The position numbers were made by a program, and so were the translations under genes. From an uncultured virus (IMG/VR IMGVR_UViG_3300026413_000011) (Duplodnaviria; Heunggongvirae; Uroviricota; Caudoviricetes): a stretch of 63,376 nucleotides of DNA. Where the stretch lies: the IMG/VR virus record IMGVR_UViG_3300026413_000011, positions 62,001-125,376 of that record; one strand, written 5' to 3'. The notes under the pieces were generated by a model that saw only the letters and a list, made by a program, of their open reading frames with translations, ran no database searches and was not told the DNA's origin. Below, one piece after another: positions 1 through 10,327 of the stretch (position 1 is the first letter of the stretch; each line of letters starts with the position of its first letter).

Positions 1-9
1 GAGAGTAAC

Positions 10-246
10 ATGAGCACTGTCAAACAACCCATGATTGTCATCAACGATCAGGAAGCTTTCTTAGAAGGCTTAGCCAAACACATGTCTGCCCAGTCCGATG
101 GTGAAGCTGGTGCAGATCGCCTAAGGGTTGAAGGGGCTGCACAAGTGATGGATTACATCGACATTGTGCGTGTGCCTAAAGAGCATGAGAACTTTGCACC
201 AATGACCAGCAAGTTTTACGAATACGTTGGGTTGTTTTTCGATTAA
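10..246 (+). CDS. hypothetical protein
   Basis: 78-aa ORF with GAG SD-like element. Confidence 0.65.
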   Translation: MSTVKQPMIVINDQEAFLEGLAKHMSAQSDGEAGADRLRVEGAAQVMDYIDIVRVPKEHENFAPMTSKFYEYVGLFFD

Positions 247-413
247 TAAATACGCACTGCTTTCTGGTATGTACCACAACCAGGAACTTTGCAATGAAAC
301 AAAAACTGCTCTCGTTTGTCTATGCTTATCGTGCACCTATCGGGCTCGCAGCGGTAGGCTTGCTTTACATCTCTTTTGTCCTCTACACCAAAATGACCTA
401 ACAGGAATCCGAA

Positions 414-866
414 ATGTTTACGCTGCCTTCGCCTACCGTCACCGTTACTGCCGTATGTATCGTCATTGTTGCACTTGTGGCATACTACACCTGGGTGTAT
501 CTCATCAACATCCAAGGTGGCGGATTGAAAGAATGGGTTGATAACGATTTCCCTGAAGTCGTACACACGCCCAAAAGAACATGGTTCACCGGGTTCCGTT
601 TCAAACGACATGGTGTTGATGCTATTGCCATGTTGGAACAACCGCTGTTCCTTGAGTATGACGAGTCTGGTCGTCTGGGTGCTTTCGGTGCAGCTGACCA
701 GCACGCTTGGAATATCCGTGATAAAGAACAATGTGCTTATGACTTCGGTGTAGAAATCGAACAACTCGTTGGTGGTCAATTGGCTATTACCGAGAAGTTC
801 AAGAAAATCTCTATCACCGAAATCGAACCAATCATCGAGGACTCCGCTTGTGAGCGACACGATTAA
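414..866 (+). CDS. hypothetical membrane-anchored protein
   Basis: AGGA SD; N-terminal hydrophobic helix. Confidence 0.7.
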   Translation: MFTLPSPTVTVTAVCIVIVALVAYYTWVYLINIQGGGLKEWVDNDFPEVVHTPKRTWFTGFRFKRHGVDAIAMLEQPLFLEYDESGRLGAFGAADQHAWNIRDKEQCAYDFGVEIEQLVGGQLAITEKFKKISITEIEPIIEDSACERHD

Positions 867-1212
867 TGCACCAGCCGTAACACGGCAAGAACTCGAACAC
901 GCGCATGCTGTTCTTAAAGACCTGGAACGGAAGATGGTTGAAAGCTCACGTGTTGCTCGTGTAGCTTTCTTCTCTGAAATCCAAACTCAAGTAAATGACC
1001 GTAACATTCCGGCGTTTGCTAAAGGGGCTACCATGTCCCAAGCTTACCGAATGGGTATGGACGCTGGCGTAGAAGCTACGTTGGTCAGTATCGATAACTG
1101 CTCGGTAGTAATGACCGATGGTCGTGAGCGCATGCTGAACGTTGATCTGTCTGGTGATGAACCAGACATCGTTCCTATTGCCGACATGTGGGCAAGTTAC
1201 ATTAATAGCTGA
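850..1212 (+). CDS. hypothetical protein
   Basis: GTG start after GAGGA, overlaps upstream stop. Confidence 0.65.
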   Translation: MSDTINAPAVTRQELEHAHAVLKDLERKMVESSRVARVAFFSEIQTQVNDRNIPAFAKGATMSQAYRMGMDAGVEATLVSIDNCSVVMTDGRERMLNVDLSGDEPDIVPIADMWASYINS

Positions 1213-1273
1213 GGGTGTGTGATCTTATGTATCTACCTATGTAGATTCCTCTGAGATCACAAAGGAGCCCACT

Positions 1274-1822
1274 ATGGCTATTCTAACTCAAGCTGCTGCT
1301 GTTGCACAACGTATCGAACTGGACAATGCTCCACTCGAAGAAGCGATCAATGCGCACCTGACTACCCAACGTGTTATCGATTACCTCGGCAACGATGAAA
1401 TCGAAACTCACAACCTGAAAGTGATTGTCGATAAGACTGTTCTGACCGTTGCTGCTCAAGCCGCTTTGAAAGAAGCTGTTGAAGCTGCTGGCTGGGAACA
1501 AGTAGTTGTCACCCAAGAAGCTACTCGTGTAGTTGTTTCTTTCGCTGACAAAGCTGCTCCAGTCGTACCTGACGTCTACGTTGCTACTGTAACTCCAGCC
1601 TCGCCTAGCGCTGCTGTTGGCGCTACCGTACAACTGGTTGTAACCGTCACCAAGAACGGCCAGCCATACACCGCATCGCCGACCTTCACTTCTGGTAGCA
1701 CCGCTAAGGCCACCGTTAATTCGACTGGTCTGGTTACTGGTGTTGAAGCCGGTACCTCGGTTATCACCATTGCTGAAGCTGGCAAGTACAGCGTCACCAA
1801 GACTGTTACCGTTACTGCTTAA
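1274..1822 (+). CDS. Ig-like (Big_2) domain protein, probable virion decoration protein
   Basis: C-terminal VTPASPSAAVGATVQL...ATVNSTGLVTGVEAGTSVITI Big_2 pattern; AAGGAG SD; own terminator. Confidence 0.8.
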   Translation: MAILTQAAAVAQRIELDNAPLEEAINAHLTTQRVIDYLGNDEIETHNLKVIVDKTVLTVAAQAALKEAVEAAGWEQVVVTQEATRVVVSFADKAAPVVPDVYVATVTPASPSAAVGATVQLVVTVTKNGQPYTASPTFTSGSTAKATVNSTGLVTGVEAGTSVITIAEAGKYSVTKTVTVTA

Positions 1823-1829
1823 TCATACT

Positions 1830-1857
1830 GCTTCCCTTCGGGGAAGCTTTATGCCGT
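1830..1857 (+). terminator. intrinsic terminator hairpin
   Basis: GCTTCCC-TTCG-GGGAAGC then TTTATGCCG and a T run. Confidence 0.8.
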
Positions 1858-1882
1858 ATTTTTTTTTTGAAGAAAAGACTTG

Positions 1883-1917
1883 ATTTAAACATTTTAAAAG
1901 CCTATATTACTTTCGTG
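1883..1917 (+). promoter_or_regulatory. phiKZ-type early (virion RNAP) promoter
   Basis: TATATTAC core with AT-rich upstream; 35-nt identical copy at 44405-44439. Confidence 0.8.
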
Positions 1918-1930
1918 GATTAAGAAAACT

Positions 1931-2308
1931 ATGGAGCAACACGATATGCCTACTAAAGAACAAATTGCTGCAGCTCTCCCGAAGCACGTTGCAAAACACA
2001 ATGATGCACTGACTGAAACGCTGCGCCAGTACCATGAGCACCTTGGCCCCGAATCTCCACTTTTCGATCTGTTTGTTGTAAATCCAGATCGTAAGGTTAC
2101 CAGCATCCGTATGGATGTTAAAGAAGATCACGTAAAGTTTCTGGTTGTTTGGGTAGGTGTTGGTTTCGAAAACCTCATCTACACCCCGGACACCGAGCTT
2201 AAGCAGTTTGCGCTGCAACGCTTCATCAAAATCATCTTTAAGGCCGATGCCGTTCATCACAAAGCCTCCGTTGGTTTCCGGAAGCTAGTGGTGGACGCCC
2301 AGCCTTAA
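1931..2308 (+). CDS. hypothetical early protein
   Basis: ORF directly after early promoter, followed by hairpin terminator. Confidence 0.75.
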   Translation: MEQHDMPTKEQIAAALPKHVAKHNDALTETLRQYHEHLGPESPLFDLFVVNPDRKVTSIRMDVKEDHVKFLVVWVGVGFENLIYTPDTELKQFALQRFIKIIFKADAVHHKASVGFRKLVVDAQP

Positions 2309-2361
2309 AAGATGGGCCCTTCGGGGCCCATTTTCTTTTTGTGTGAAACTAAGGAAGTACG

Positions 2362-2829
2362 ATGGAAATTGGTATCTATGGTTGGTTTGCTATCGGTGCA
2401 CTGGGACTTTCTGCACTGTTGGGATCGATTGGTATTGTCGGTTACTGGCAAGACTGCCGATATAACAATTCGTCTACTCGTGGGCTGGGTGGCCGTTATG
2501 TTATTCGCTTTCGCTACAAGTACTTCAAAGGACTTGAAGTCCGGTGGAAACATGAGTATCAATGCTTTGCCGATGCCAATGGTAAGGTAGGTATACGTGA
2601 GCCCGGTAGTGTGTGGGGAATGAACGAATATCTACGCTTTGCGGCCAAGTATGATTCATATGCAGATGCGAAGGGGGTCTACAGTTTCTATGAAGATGGT
2701 TCCATCCTAAAGATGGAAACAGTCCATAACTGGAAGAAAGGACCCATCATAGTAGAACTTCTAGAAGAACGTACCTATTTCGGTTTCTTCAAGTCATGGT
2801 ATACACTGCATTCCGTGGAGATGAAATGA
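2362..2829 (+). CDS. hypothetical membrane-anchored protein
   Basis: AAGGA SD, N-terminal TM helix. Confidence 0.7.
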   Translation: MEIGIYGWFAIGALGLSALLGSIGIVGYWQDCRYNNSSTRGLGGRYVIRFRYKYFKGLEVRWKHEYQCFADANGKVGIREPGSVWGMNEYLRFAAKYDSYADAKGVYSFYEDGSILKMETVHNWKKGPIIVELLEERTYFGFFKSWYTLHSVEMK

Positions 2830-3161
2830 TGTCGAAGTATATTTTTGAAGTACGCAAAGGTGATTCCAAGCTTTTCATTACCGCTGAAAAGCAACCTGAG
2901 AGCACGCTGTTTAAACCCGTGGTGAAAGCAGGGCTGTGTTCCCAGGAACGTAATGCGTTGGTTATTGACACGTACAAGGAAGCCCGTGGTTTCCTGGCAA
3001 GCATGATGGAGCTATCGCCAGCTGCAATGCGAAAGCTACTCAAGGTAGACAAAGATTTCGATCAGCCTGTCCGAATATTCATCCGTCGACAGGATGACAA
3101 CAACGGTTTGATTCAAACAGCAACTTCTCAACGCACCTACCTCTTTAAGGAAGCCGCATGA
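2826..3161 (+). CDS. hypothetical protein
   Basis: ATGA overlap with upstream gene. Confidence 0.65.
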   Translation: MMSKYIFEVRKGDSKLFITAEKQPESTLFKPVVKAGLCSQERNALVIDTYKEARGFLASMMELSPAAMRKLLKVDKDFDQPVRIFIRRQDDNNGLIQTATSQRTYLFKEAA

Positions 3162-3337
3162 TCTGGCAAGTTACTGCCTTCAATGGCACTCAGTGGACCG
3201 CTAAGAATTCGATGTCGCTGGAAGCAGCGCTCGACTCGTTCTACCGGGCTACTAATCTCCATGAGCAAGATGTAAAAGAAATCGCTCGTGTAGATCACAA
3301 ACCTCGGGCTAACGAACCACACGTAAGGATTGCGTAA
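3158..3337 (+). CDS. small hypothetical protein (59 aa, not in ORF track)
   Basis: MIWQVTAF...HVRIA; AAGGA SD; coupled to both neighbours. Confidence 0.6.
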   Translation: MIWQVTAFNGTQWTAKNSMSLEAALDSFYRATNLHEQDVKEIARVDHKPRANEPHVRIA

Positions 3338-4035
3338 TGATCAAGATTCCAGTAAAGCCACAACCCGGTAAAGGTCCAGGTATCAACATTTACGGTAAGC
3401 ACGTTACCGAATCTGTGCACCAGATCTTTTCTCGCTTCATGCGTTCCCAGTACTACACCTGCGAATACTACAAGGCACGGCAGAAATGCAATGCCTTCTT
3501 CCAGGGTGGTTTCGATGCACCTGATGGTGAATGGGTGTTCATCGAGTTCTGGGGCTCTGATTGGACTGAGTTCCGTACCCTGTTGAAGCGTCGGCTTAAC
3601 TTGTTGGATAACGACGGTAAGCCACTGGAGATCACAGTCAAGTTTGACCCATTGAGCACTAAGGCTGTGGAAGCTGCTGATGGTATCCACAACTTCATGG
3701 AAGGCTGGTACCAACCAGATCGTCGGGATGAAGGTCTCATGACCTATATTCCTAAAGATGGCGCTGATGCACTGTACGTGATCGAGATGATCGAACACCA
3801 CAAAGATTTGTTGGTGTGGCGTCGTACCGACATCAAACTCGATCCTTATGAGTGGGCTGAGAAAGGTATCCTCGATCTGGTTGAAATGATCGAAGACGAA
3901 ACACAGGTTCCTTACATCTGGTTACCGGGCGATGAGCTGCGTTTCATGCCGACCAATGACGAAGAGAAGTACAAAGTCATGGATCTGCTCCAGTTGTTCA
4001 AAGTTCCATTCGTAAATGAGAAGTTCGGGTACTAA
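3337..4035 (+). CDS. hypothetical protein
   Basis: 232-aa ORF, TAATG coupling. Confidence 0.75.
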   Translation: MIKIPVKPQPGKGPGINIYGKHVTESVHQIFSRFMRSQYYTCEYYKARQKCNAFFQGGFDAPDGEWVFIEFWGSDWTEFRTLLKRRLNLLDNDGKPLEITVKFDPLSTKAVEAADGIHNFMEGWYQPDRRDEGLMTYIPKDGADALYVIEMIEHHKDLLVWRRTDIKLDPYEWAEKGILDLVEMIEDETQVPYIWLPGDELRFMPTNDEEKYKVMDLLQLFKVPFVNEKFGY

Positions 4036-4036
4036 C

Positions 4037-4237
4037 ATGTTCAAAGGCATGATGTGGGCACTTACTTTTCTCATGGGTGGTGTCTTGTGGGTATGGCTTT
4101 CCAGTTCCGTAGCTTTATTGGCAGGGAATGGAAAGATTGATCGTCAGCTCTACAAGTGGTTTACTTGTACGGTCGCCGTGTTGTTTCTGCTGTATCTGTC
4201 CACCCCTATCATTTACACAATAGCGGGGGTAGAATGA
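4037..4237 (+). CDS. small membrane protein
   Basis: two hydrophobic segments. Confidence 0.6.
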   Translation: MFKGMMWALTFLMGGVLWVWLSSSVALLAGNGKIDRQLYKWFTCTVAVLFLLYLSTPIIYTIAGVE

Positions 4238-4240
4238 CGT

Positions 4241-4471
4241 ATGCCTATAACCGAATTACCCGATGGCGAGTATGATACGTGTCCTACTTATGGGCCACAA
4301 GTCTACATGCCTGACCGCCGCATCAAAGTTGTAAATAACTCTGTGCGTTTAATCCATGATGAAGCTAATCCACCAGACCCTAAACCGTTTGGTTGGCCTT
4401 ATCGGTTTAACGTACAGTTCTTCTTCGCTGTTAACCGTCTCTTTGACAAAGAAAACAATAGGTCCATTTAA
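4241..4471 (+). CDS. hypothetical protein
   Basis: fills gap in operon. Confidence 0.6.
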   Translation: MPITELPDGEYDTCPTYGPQVYMPDRRIKVVNNSVRLIHDEANPPDPKPFGWPYRFNVQFFFAVNRLFDKENNRSI

Positions 4472-4472
4472 G

Positions 4473-5207
4473 ATGACTAAATGTGTAGTTTACATTGAAA
4501 CCCAAATTCGTGGTCAGCATTCACAGCGTACCTATCTGAACGAACATGGTTCGCTCGGCATGCATATGCCGTTCTGGGATGAATACGAACACTCCAAGCG
4601 TTTGTTCACGTTGGACTCTCGTTGCGCTATCTTCAAGAATCAAAAAGAAGCTGAAACGTTCGTGCAGAATTTTGTTCAACGTAATGCTGGTATCGCCTTG
4701 ATTGCTGGTCGTGATGTTATAGGTTATCATGGTATCACCGAAGCTGGTAATCCATGTGCTCCATTCCGTAAGCTGGGTCCTAAACAACCCACTAAATCGG
4801 AACTGCATGCTGCACGTACCTTCTTGCAAACCTGGAGCGCCACCATGGCAGCTTATGACCAACTGGGGATGCCAATCTCTGCTGACGTGGGGCATGTGAC
4901 CGTAGGACGTGATGGTGATTTCGACCGTGATGAAGTCCTTGGTGAGATCGACTATCTGTTGGCAAACATGGTTGATGAAGAACTGGAACGCGCACATCGC
5001 GTGCTGTTCTCTTTCCTTAACTTCGACTGGCGCTGTACAGCTATCGACAAATACGAAGGTAGCGCAATTGTTCACTTCACATTGATTGATGGGGATAAAA
5101 CCTACCATCACTCTGTGCAGCTGGTGGCATTCAATCTCATCACTGCTGAAGACATCGCTGCAATGCGTGCCTCTATCAGTCAACAGTTCGAGTGTGAACA
5201 TGCTTGA
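4473..5207 (+). CDS. hypothetical protein
   Basis: long ORF, start chosen just after upstream stop. Confidence 0.7.
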   Translation: MTKCVVYIETQIRGQHSQRTYLNEHGSLGMHMPFWDEYEHSKRLFTLDSRCAIFKNQKEAETFVQNFVQRNAGIALIAGRDVIGYHGITEAGNPCAPFRKLGPKQPTKSELHAARTFLQTWSATMAAYDQLGMPISADVGHVTVGRDGDFDRDEVLGEIDYLLANMVDEELERAHRVLFSFLNFDWRCTAIDKYEGSAIVHFTLIDGDKTYHHSVQLVAFNLITAEDIAAMRASISQQFECEHA

Positions 5208-5634
5208 GTGTACTGATATTCGGCAATGTACTACAAACCAGTCCTACAAATTCTACGACATCTCCAAAGACACCACGATTGAGCAACTCATCCTTTCGGT
5301 TAAATACTGTCACAGTGATCTGTTGGTAGTCAAGCCTGAAGACCTGATCTGGCAGAATTGTCAGTATAATGGTTTTGCTGGGTTCGGTATCTTTGAAGTT
5401 CGGGTTTGCGTGCATGCTAGTCGTTGGCATGATGGGACTTTCAAATACGAGCCAGCCCATGTGTTGTTCTTGGGTGACTCGGTGCAAAAGATTCAAGAGC
5501 AAGCGATTGAATGGTTTCGGATTAACCGTGATCTGCGTAACCAGCCATACGTGCATCATAATTCCAAGCGTAAAGTTACTCCGATGCTTTATGCCATGAA
5601 ACACTACGAAGCATTTGTACCTAAGGAAGTATAA
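5200..5634 (+). CDS. hypothetical protein
   Basis: coupled ORF. Confidence 0.65.
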   Translation: MLECTDIRQCTTNQSYKFYDISKDTTIEQLILSVKYCHSDLLVVKPEDLIWQNCQYNGFAGFGIFEVRVCVHASRWHDGTFKYEPAHVLFLGDSVQKIQEQAIEWFRINRDLRNQPYVHHNSKRKVTPMLYAMKHYEAFVPKEV

Positions 5635-6056
5635 TGGATCTCTCGAATTACGTTGCACCAGCAAAGACCGAAGTTCGGTCTCCGATTGCGTTGTTCCAAT
5701 CCTTCGGGTTTCATGTACCGAAAGAAAAACAAATCGCTGTAAGTGAAGCTTTCGCAGGTATGGAAGTCGGGTTCATGCATATCCGCTTCCGTCCTTACGC
5801 TGGGTTCGATAGCAAACAACTGGCAGAACGTCGCGCCGAGTACATGCAAGCTCATGACATTCTGATCAAGGCCGAGGCTGGACAGTATGCACAGGCCCGA
5901 GTATTGAGCGCTGGTTTGCAGATCGATAAGATCATCGAAAACCTCGATATGATCGAACGATTAGCAAAAGAACACGGTTTCGGTGAACGCATCAAAAAGA
6001 AACCCACCTCGACCATGGGTGATCTTTTGCGGGAAGCCATGGCTAAACAAGGATAA
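5634..6056 (+). CDS. hypothetical protein
   Basis: AAGGA SD, TAATG coupling. Confidence 0.7.
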   Translation: MDLSNYVAPAKTEVRSPIALFQSFGFHVPKEKQIAVSEAFAGMEVGFMHIRFRPYAGFDSKQLAERRAEYMQAHDILIKAEAGQYAQARVLSAGLQIDKIIENLDMIERLAKEHGFGERIKKKPTSTMGDLLREAMAKQG

Positions 6057-6061
6057 CTAAA

Positions 6062-6337
6062 ATGGACGTCAAGCTGATCAAACAAGACAATGTGTGGGTT
6101 ACTGAGTTTTTGGGTAAGTTGCGGCATTTCATTATTGAAACCGATTTGGTCTCTTGGCGTTCATTGGGTATTCATCCTTCCGGGGCCGTCGAGTTCAATG
6201 TTGATCCTGACGGTTCCCTTACCAGTGTGCGTTCTATTTATACGGGGGAAGAGATATCTGAACTAGATATCCCTAAGCGTCATTCCGTGGCTGGCATGAT
6301 AAAAGCAACTAAGCCATTTGTGGGGGCAAGATGTTAG
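6062..6337 (+). CDS. hypothetical protein
   Basis: ORF in operon. Confidence 0.6.
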   Translation: MDVKLIKQDNVWVTEFLGKLRHFIIETDLVSWRSLGIHPSGAVEFNVDPDGSLTSVRSIYTGEEISELDIPKRHSVAGMIKATKPFVGARC

Positions 6338-6744
6338 TAGATGTAAGTGCAGGAAATTTGGCCCTGATTTTTCTGGGCATGGTGGCTGGTGTTTGGTGGT
6401 TGCTCAGTTGGGCACGAAAGCCAGTAATGGAAATGAACTTTGACAGCGTAGACGTTACCACGATGTACGGTAACCAGCGCGTTGTAGAGCGTTCTAAGCT
6501 TGTTTCTCCTGATGGGAGTAAGAAGCTACACGCTGGGCTGAATGACTTCTATATCACGATCACAGGCACTGAGGTACGTTACCACAAGTCTGAGGAAGTG
6601 GCGAAGCTGAGCCCAATCCTACGAAACTCTGAAGACGTTTTGTTCTTCCGGGTACAGATCAAATTGGTAGGTGAACGGATCACTCGATTCGAACAAACCA
6701 ATTTGTCCAAGCCTGTGGCTACGCTCCGTTGGAGCAAAGCTTAG
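6331..6744 (+). CDS. hypothetical membrane-anchored protein
   Basis: N-terminal TM helix. Confidence 0.65.
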   Translation: MLVDVSAGNLALIFLGMVAGVWWLLSWARKPVMEMNFDSVDVTTMYGNQRVVERSKLVSPDGSKKLHAGLNDFYITITGTEVRYHKSEEVAKLSPILRNSEDVLFFRVQIKLVGERITRFEQTNLSKPVATLRWSKA

Positions 6745-6847
6745 TGAGGAAAGTTGGTGAACCGCCCATTAGCGAGATCACGTTCCTCCTAAGTGTTGTA
6801 ATGACACTGGGTATCGTAGTGACGTCAACGTTCGTAAGGAATCTCGC

Positions 6848-7309
6848 ATGTCTGAAAAATTGAATCCTGGGCAATTCCCAGTATTGCAACGTAATAACAA
6901 CGCGCAGCTGTTTGTACAGCACGCGCAATCCATGCCACAGCGGGTAATCCTGCCGAGTGGTGAAGTTGTTGAAACCGGTTTTGTCAAGATCACGGATAAA
7001 GATCCGATTGATCTGTATGCACTGTGTCAGAACGACGGCAAGTCTGTAACGCTGGCGGTTAAGCAGATCGCGTATATCGATGCTGGGGATAACCTGTGTG
7101 TTCATGATATCTCCCGCATGAAGCCTACTGAGTTGGGTGATCCAGCTTATGTAAGTCGTGGTAAGGCTCGTATCGAAATCGGTCATGTAACCAAACTGTG
7201 CGGACTGCGTTGGGGCTTTATCCTTACGCTGGACCCAACAACTGGTTACTGCACCATTCATGTTGATCGGGAATCACCGATCGTTGGCTTGAAGCTGCAG
7301 TTCAACTAA
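6848..7309 (+). CDS. hypothetical protein
   Basis: AAGGA SD, followed by terminator hairpin at about 7312-7340. Confidence 0.7.
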   Translation: MSEKLNPGQFPVLQRNNNAQLFVQHAQSMPQRVILPSGEVVETGFVKITDKDPIDLYALCQNDGKSVTLAVKQIAYIDAGDNLCVHDISRMKPTELGDPAYVSRGKARIEIGHVTKLCGLRWGFILTLDPTTGYCTIHVDRESPIVGLKLQFN

Positions 7310-7458
7310 ACGGAGTCCCTTCGGGGACTCTTTTATGTTGTAAAAAATTACAGCTCTACATTACTCCTTAGTGACAGGAGAGCCAAAATAAATGAACCGT
7401 CCTTGTATTAATTCCATCCTCGACCAAACTTGGCGAGTGAAAGTTAAGGAGCCCACTC

Positions 7459-7743
7459 ATGCTCGCACGTATCCTAACCATGGCAGTCCGCGGAATCGCA
7501 GCGTCGAAAGTCGAACCCGGAATGGTCTTGACCGCCGCGCGTGATATCTTCATTACGGTCCTGGATCGTAATGGCCAGCAACATGATATTCCTTATGCGA
7601 ATGAGGGCGATCAACTCAAAGTCGAGCACGCGGATGATGTGCGCGATGGCGATCTGTTTGTGTGCACTAACGTCGATAACTACGGCGAAGTTGGTTCTGT
7701 AAATCCCCATGATCTCGAAGACGTACTGAAGGAATACACCTAA
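7459..7743 (+). CDS. small beta-rich (SH3-like?) protein, paralog family
   Basis: AAGGAG SD; motif VLTAARDIFIT...YANEGDQLKV shared with 8080, 9721 and 13872 genes. Confidence 0.65.
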   Translation: MLARILTMAVRGIAASKVEPGMVLTAARDIFITVLDRNGQQHDIPYANEGDQLKVEHADDVRDGDLFVCTNVDNYGEVGSVNPHDLEDVLKEYT

Positions 7744-8096
7744 TGCAGTTTGATAACATCCAGGAATACATCGACCAAGTCTACGGCGTTGAGCTGAGCA
7801 CTTCGTTCCTCAACGACAACGTCCACTCGTTGATGTACCTGAAACTGGTACGCCTGCTTTCCAAACTGGGCATCGAAACCACCGGCATGACTGCTGAAGC
7901 GCTCTTTGCTGAGGCAGCTCGTGTCGAGCGTGGTGCGTATGATCACGAAGTCACGAAGCTGGCGCGGATTCAACTGATGTTCCAATTGGCTGATATCCAT
8001 GCCGATATCGAAATGCTTATCCACAAAGCGGGTAAGGCACAAGCACCATCCAAAGGCTTTGACAACAAAGAGTGGGCGAATGACATTAACAGCTAA
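7743..8096 (+). CDS. hypothetical protein
   Basis: TAATG coupling. Confidence 0.7.
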   Translation: MQFDNIQEYIDQVYGVELSTSFLNDNVHSLMYLKLVRLLSKLGIETTGMTAEALFAEAARVERGAYDHEVTKLARIQLMFQLADIHADIEMLIHKAGKAQAPSKGFDNKEWANDINS

Positions 8097-8256
8097 GGAA
8101 GACATCGTGCTCTCGGTAAATGAAACACCTATTACCGTGGCACACAAAGGTGATACCCTCGAACTGGTAATAGATGCTGGTGGGGATATCATCGAAGTAA
8201 AGAACTCCAAAGGCACCTATTTCTACACCAGCAAGGACAAAGTAAATGGCCTCTGA
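8080..8256 (+). CDS. small beta-rich protein, paralog family
   Basis: MTLTAKEDIVLS...AHKGDTLEL. Confidence 0.55.
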   Translation: MTLTAKEDIVLSVNETPITVAHKGDTLELVIDAGGDIIEVKNSKGTYFYTSKDKVNGL

Positions 8257-8665
8257 ATTGAACGAACGTTTCCGTGAACTCTGCAAGCGTAATTTGGTCC
8301 CACACCACCTGATCATCACAAATGCTGATCAGAAGAGCTTGATCAAACTCGCAGCACTGGAAGCTCATCGCACCAGCAATATCCAATCGGGTACTACCTG
8401 GGATAACCTGGCTGCTTTGTATCTGTGGGCTCTGGAGAAACCAGATGCCAAGCGTTCGAAGTATCTGGAGTTGCGTTACGAGTTCTGTGAACAACTCAAG
8501 AACTCTCAACCGAAGCAACCAGAGCGTGCGCCAAACAACGACGTTCGTGCAACTGATGAAGATCGTATCCTCGACTATGTCCAGGTATACCCTCAGCAAA
8601 ATCTGTGGACTCGTTTCCTGGAATGGTTTGGTAGCGGTGGTCGGATTCCTCTGTTTGGCAAATAG
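8246..8665 (+). CDS. hypothetical protein
   Basis: AAGGA SD. Confidence 0.7.
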   Translation: MASELNERFRELCKRNLVPHHLIITNADQKSLIKLAALEAHRTSNIQSGTTWDNLAALYLWALEKPDAKRSKYLELRYEFCEQLKNSQPKQPERAPNNDVRATDEDRILDYVQVYPQQNLWTRFLEWFGSGGRIPLFGK

Positions 8666-8705
8666 TACTTGTCTCCTAAATCTAATGTGAATTTAGGAGT
8701 GCGCG

Positions 8706-9083
8706 ATGTACACCGTTGAAGAAAAAGCATATACCTGGTCATTGACATACCGTGAACTGAAGTCTGGTGCGATTGTGCCGAACAACGGAGCACGCAGTAC
8801 GTTGGTGACCCAAGGCGTTTACATAATCGATCATGTGTCTAGTGGTTGGTTTATCATCGGACAATCTCGTACGGTGAGCGCTGAAGTAGATAAACAACTT
8901 GCCTTGTTGCAGGCTGGACGGCATCCTAATCGGAAACTGCAAGCACAGTATTCGAGCCCTAGCCATTTCTCCAACATGGATCTGAAGTTTATCGAAATAC
9001 CGATTCATTCTGCAAAAGACTGCAAAAGGGTTGAAGCAACGATTAGAGCATCTAACACAACTGACTACTGTCTCTTGAATTGA
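8706..9083 (+). CDS. GIY-YIG-like nuclease-domain protein
   Basis: GVYIIDH...WFIIGQS...H(P)NRKLQ pattern. Confidence 0.6.
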   Translation: MYTVEEKAYTWSLTYRELKSGAIVPNNGARSTLVTQGVYIIDHVSSGWFIIGQSRTVSAEVDKQLALLQAGRHPNRKLQAQYSSPSHFSNMDLKFIEIPIHSAKDCKRVEATIRASNTTDYCLLN

Positions 9084-9092
9084 GGAAATGAA

Positions 9093-9713
9093 ATGCTGGC
9101 GTTTCCATCGCATCACACGAAAGAAGGCATTCAAGAAGCACGCCTGGCCACGGTAGAGATGATTCGTGAAGCTCTGGGTGACTCTGAATGGGAGTTCATC
9201 AGTTCGTCTCCTGATCCAGACGCACCACCTGTGCTTGCTACTATTGGCAACGCTCGTTATGGGCGTCCTGATCTGGTACTGGGTTTCAGTCTTACGGACA
9301 TGGAACTCGGTGCAATGCGCAATCACATCGGTGACATGCTGGCGTATCTGGACTGGGCGAAAGAACCAATCGATGGGGATCTAGTTACTGAAGACTTCTT
9401 CGAGTTCCTCATGAGGCAACGGGGATACGAAGGGATCACGGCACTGCCGACAGATCGTCTTCACCTGCGTCGGATTGACGTTGATCGCTGGTTTGCAGGA
9501 TACGGCTGGCAACACGCTGTGTTCTACAACGAAGACGAGCGCAAGAAAGCTATGGTGTATCAACTGGTAGTGTCGGATGCTGCTGGTCGACTACCATGGG
9601 AACAGGGTTACGATGAAGACTATCAATTGGTTCTGGATAAGGAACCGTTTGGTGCTCACATCGGGTTTGAACGCACACCGTTGCAAACTGCACGTGCTAA
9701 GTATTTGAACTGA
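9093..9713 (+). CDS. DUF4262-like protein
   Basis: TIGN..YGRPDLVL and YQLVVSDAAGRLPWEQGY motifs. Confidence 0.6.
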   Translation: MLAFPSHHTKEGIQEARLATVEMIREALGDSEWEFISSSPDPDAPPVLATIGNARYGRPDLVLGFSLTDMELGAMRNHIGDMLAYLDWAKEPIDGDLVTEDFFEFLMRQRGYEGITALPTDRLHLRRIDVDRWFAGYGWQHAVFYNEDERKKAMVYQLVVSDAAGRLPWEQGYDEDYQLVLDKEPFGAHIGFERTPLQTARAKYLN

Positions 9714-9720
9714 GGTAACA

Positions 9721-9978
9721 ATGTCGCAAAAGAACTTTGAGGTCCGTGAATTCGTCGTCTTGAAAGAAGACGTGTTCATTACCAAACCTGGTGTTGGTCA
9801 AGTGCTGTATGCTGGCAAGGGTACGATTGTTCAGATCATGTCTTACGATCCATCCAAGGCTCCTGAAGTCTGGGGTGTTCGTAAAAGCGATGAGCCTTAT
9901 CGGAATGCTCCGGTAAAGGAAGAAGTTATCGCTAAGCTGTCAGAGGCTACCACCTATGCCCAGCCCGTGGGACTATAG
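9721..9978 (+). CDS. small beta-rich protein, paralog family
   Basis: GAGGT SD; VVLKEDVFIT...YAGKGTIVQI. Confidence 0.65.
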   Translation: MSQKNFEVREFVVLKEDVFITKPGVGQVLYAGKGTIVQIMSYDPSKAPEVWGVRKSDEPYRNAPVKEEVIAKLSEATTYAQPVGL

Positions 9979-10327
9979 AAACGACCAACGGCGCGGTGTT
10001 ATTCCACCAAGGCGGTATTACATCGTCTTGGTGAATGACAAAATGGAAGTTCCCTACGAATACTCTCGTATGGTGGGAAAGTTCTATTCGCGTGTTAAGT
10101 CTACTCGCAAGGCTTTATTTATGCCTACGGAAGTAGAGCATGAACGAATCTATTTCGATCAGTATCAAGCTGCACGGTACGCTATGATCGAGATCGGTTC
10201 AACTGCTGTTAGTAATGTTCCTGTTGGACATTACAACATTCAAATTCGTGAAACCAATTCGGATGAACCTGTTGCTGTTCTTCCGCATTACGTTAAAAAG
10301 GAAATCAAGCATGACCCAAGCTGCTGA
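9956..10327 (+). CDS. hypothetical protein
   Basis: GAGG SD, ORF in operon. Confidence 0.6.
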   Translation: MPSPWDYRNDQRRGVIPPRRYYIVLVNDKMEVPYEYSRMVGKFYSRVKSTRKALFMPTEVEHERIYFDQYQAARYAMIEIGSTAVSNVPVGHYNIQIRETNSDEPVAVLPHYVKKEIKHDPSC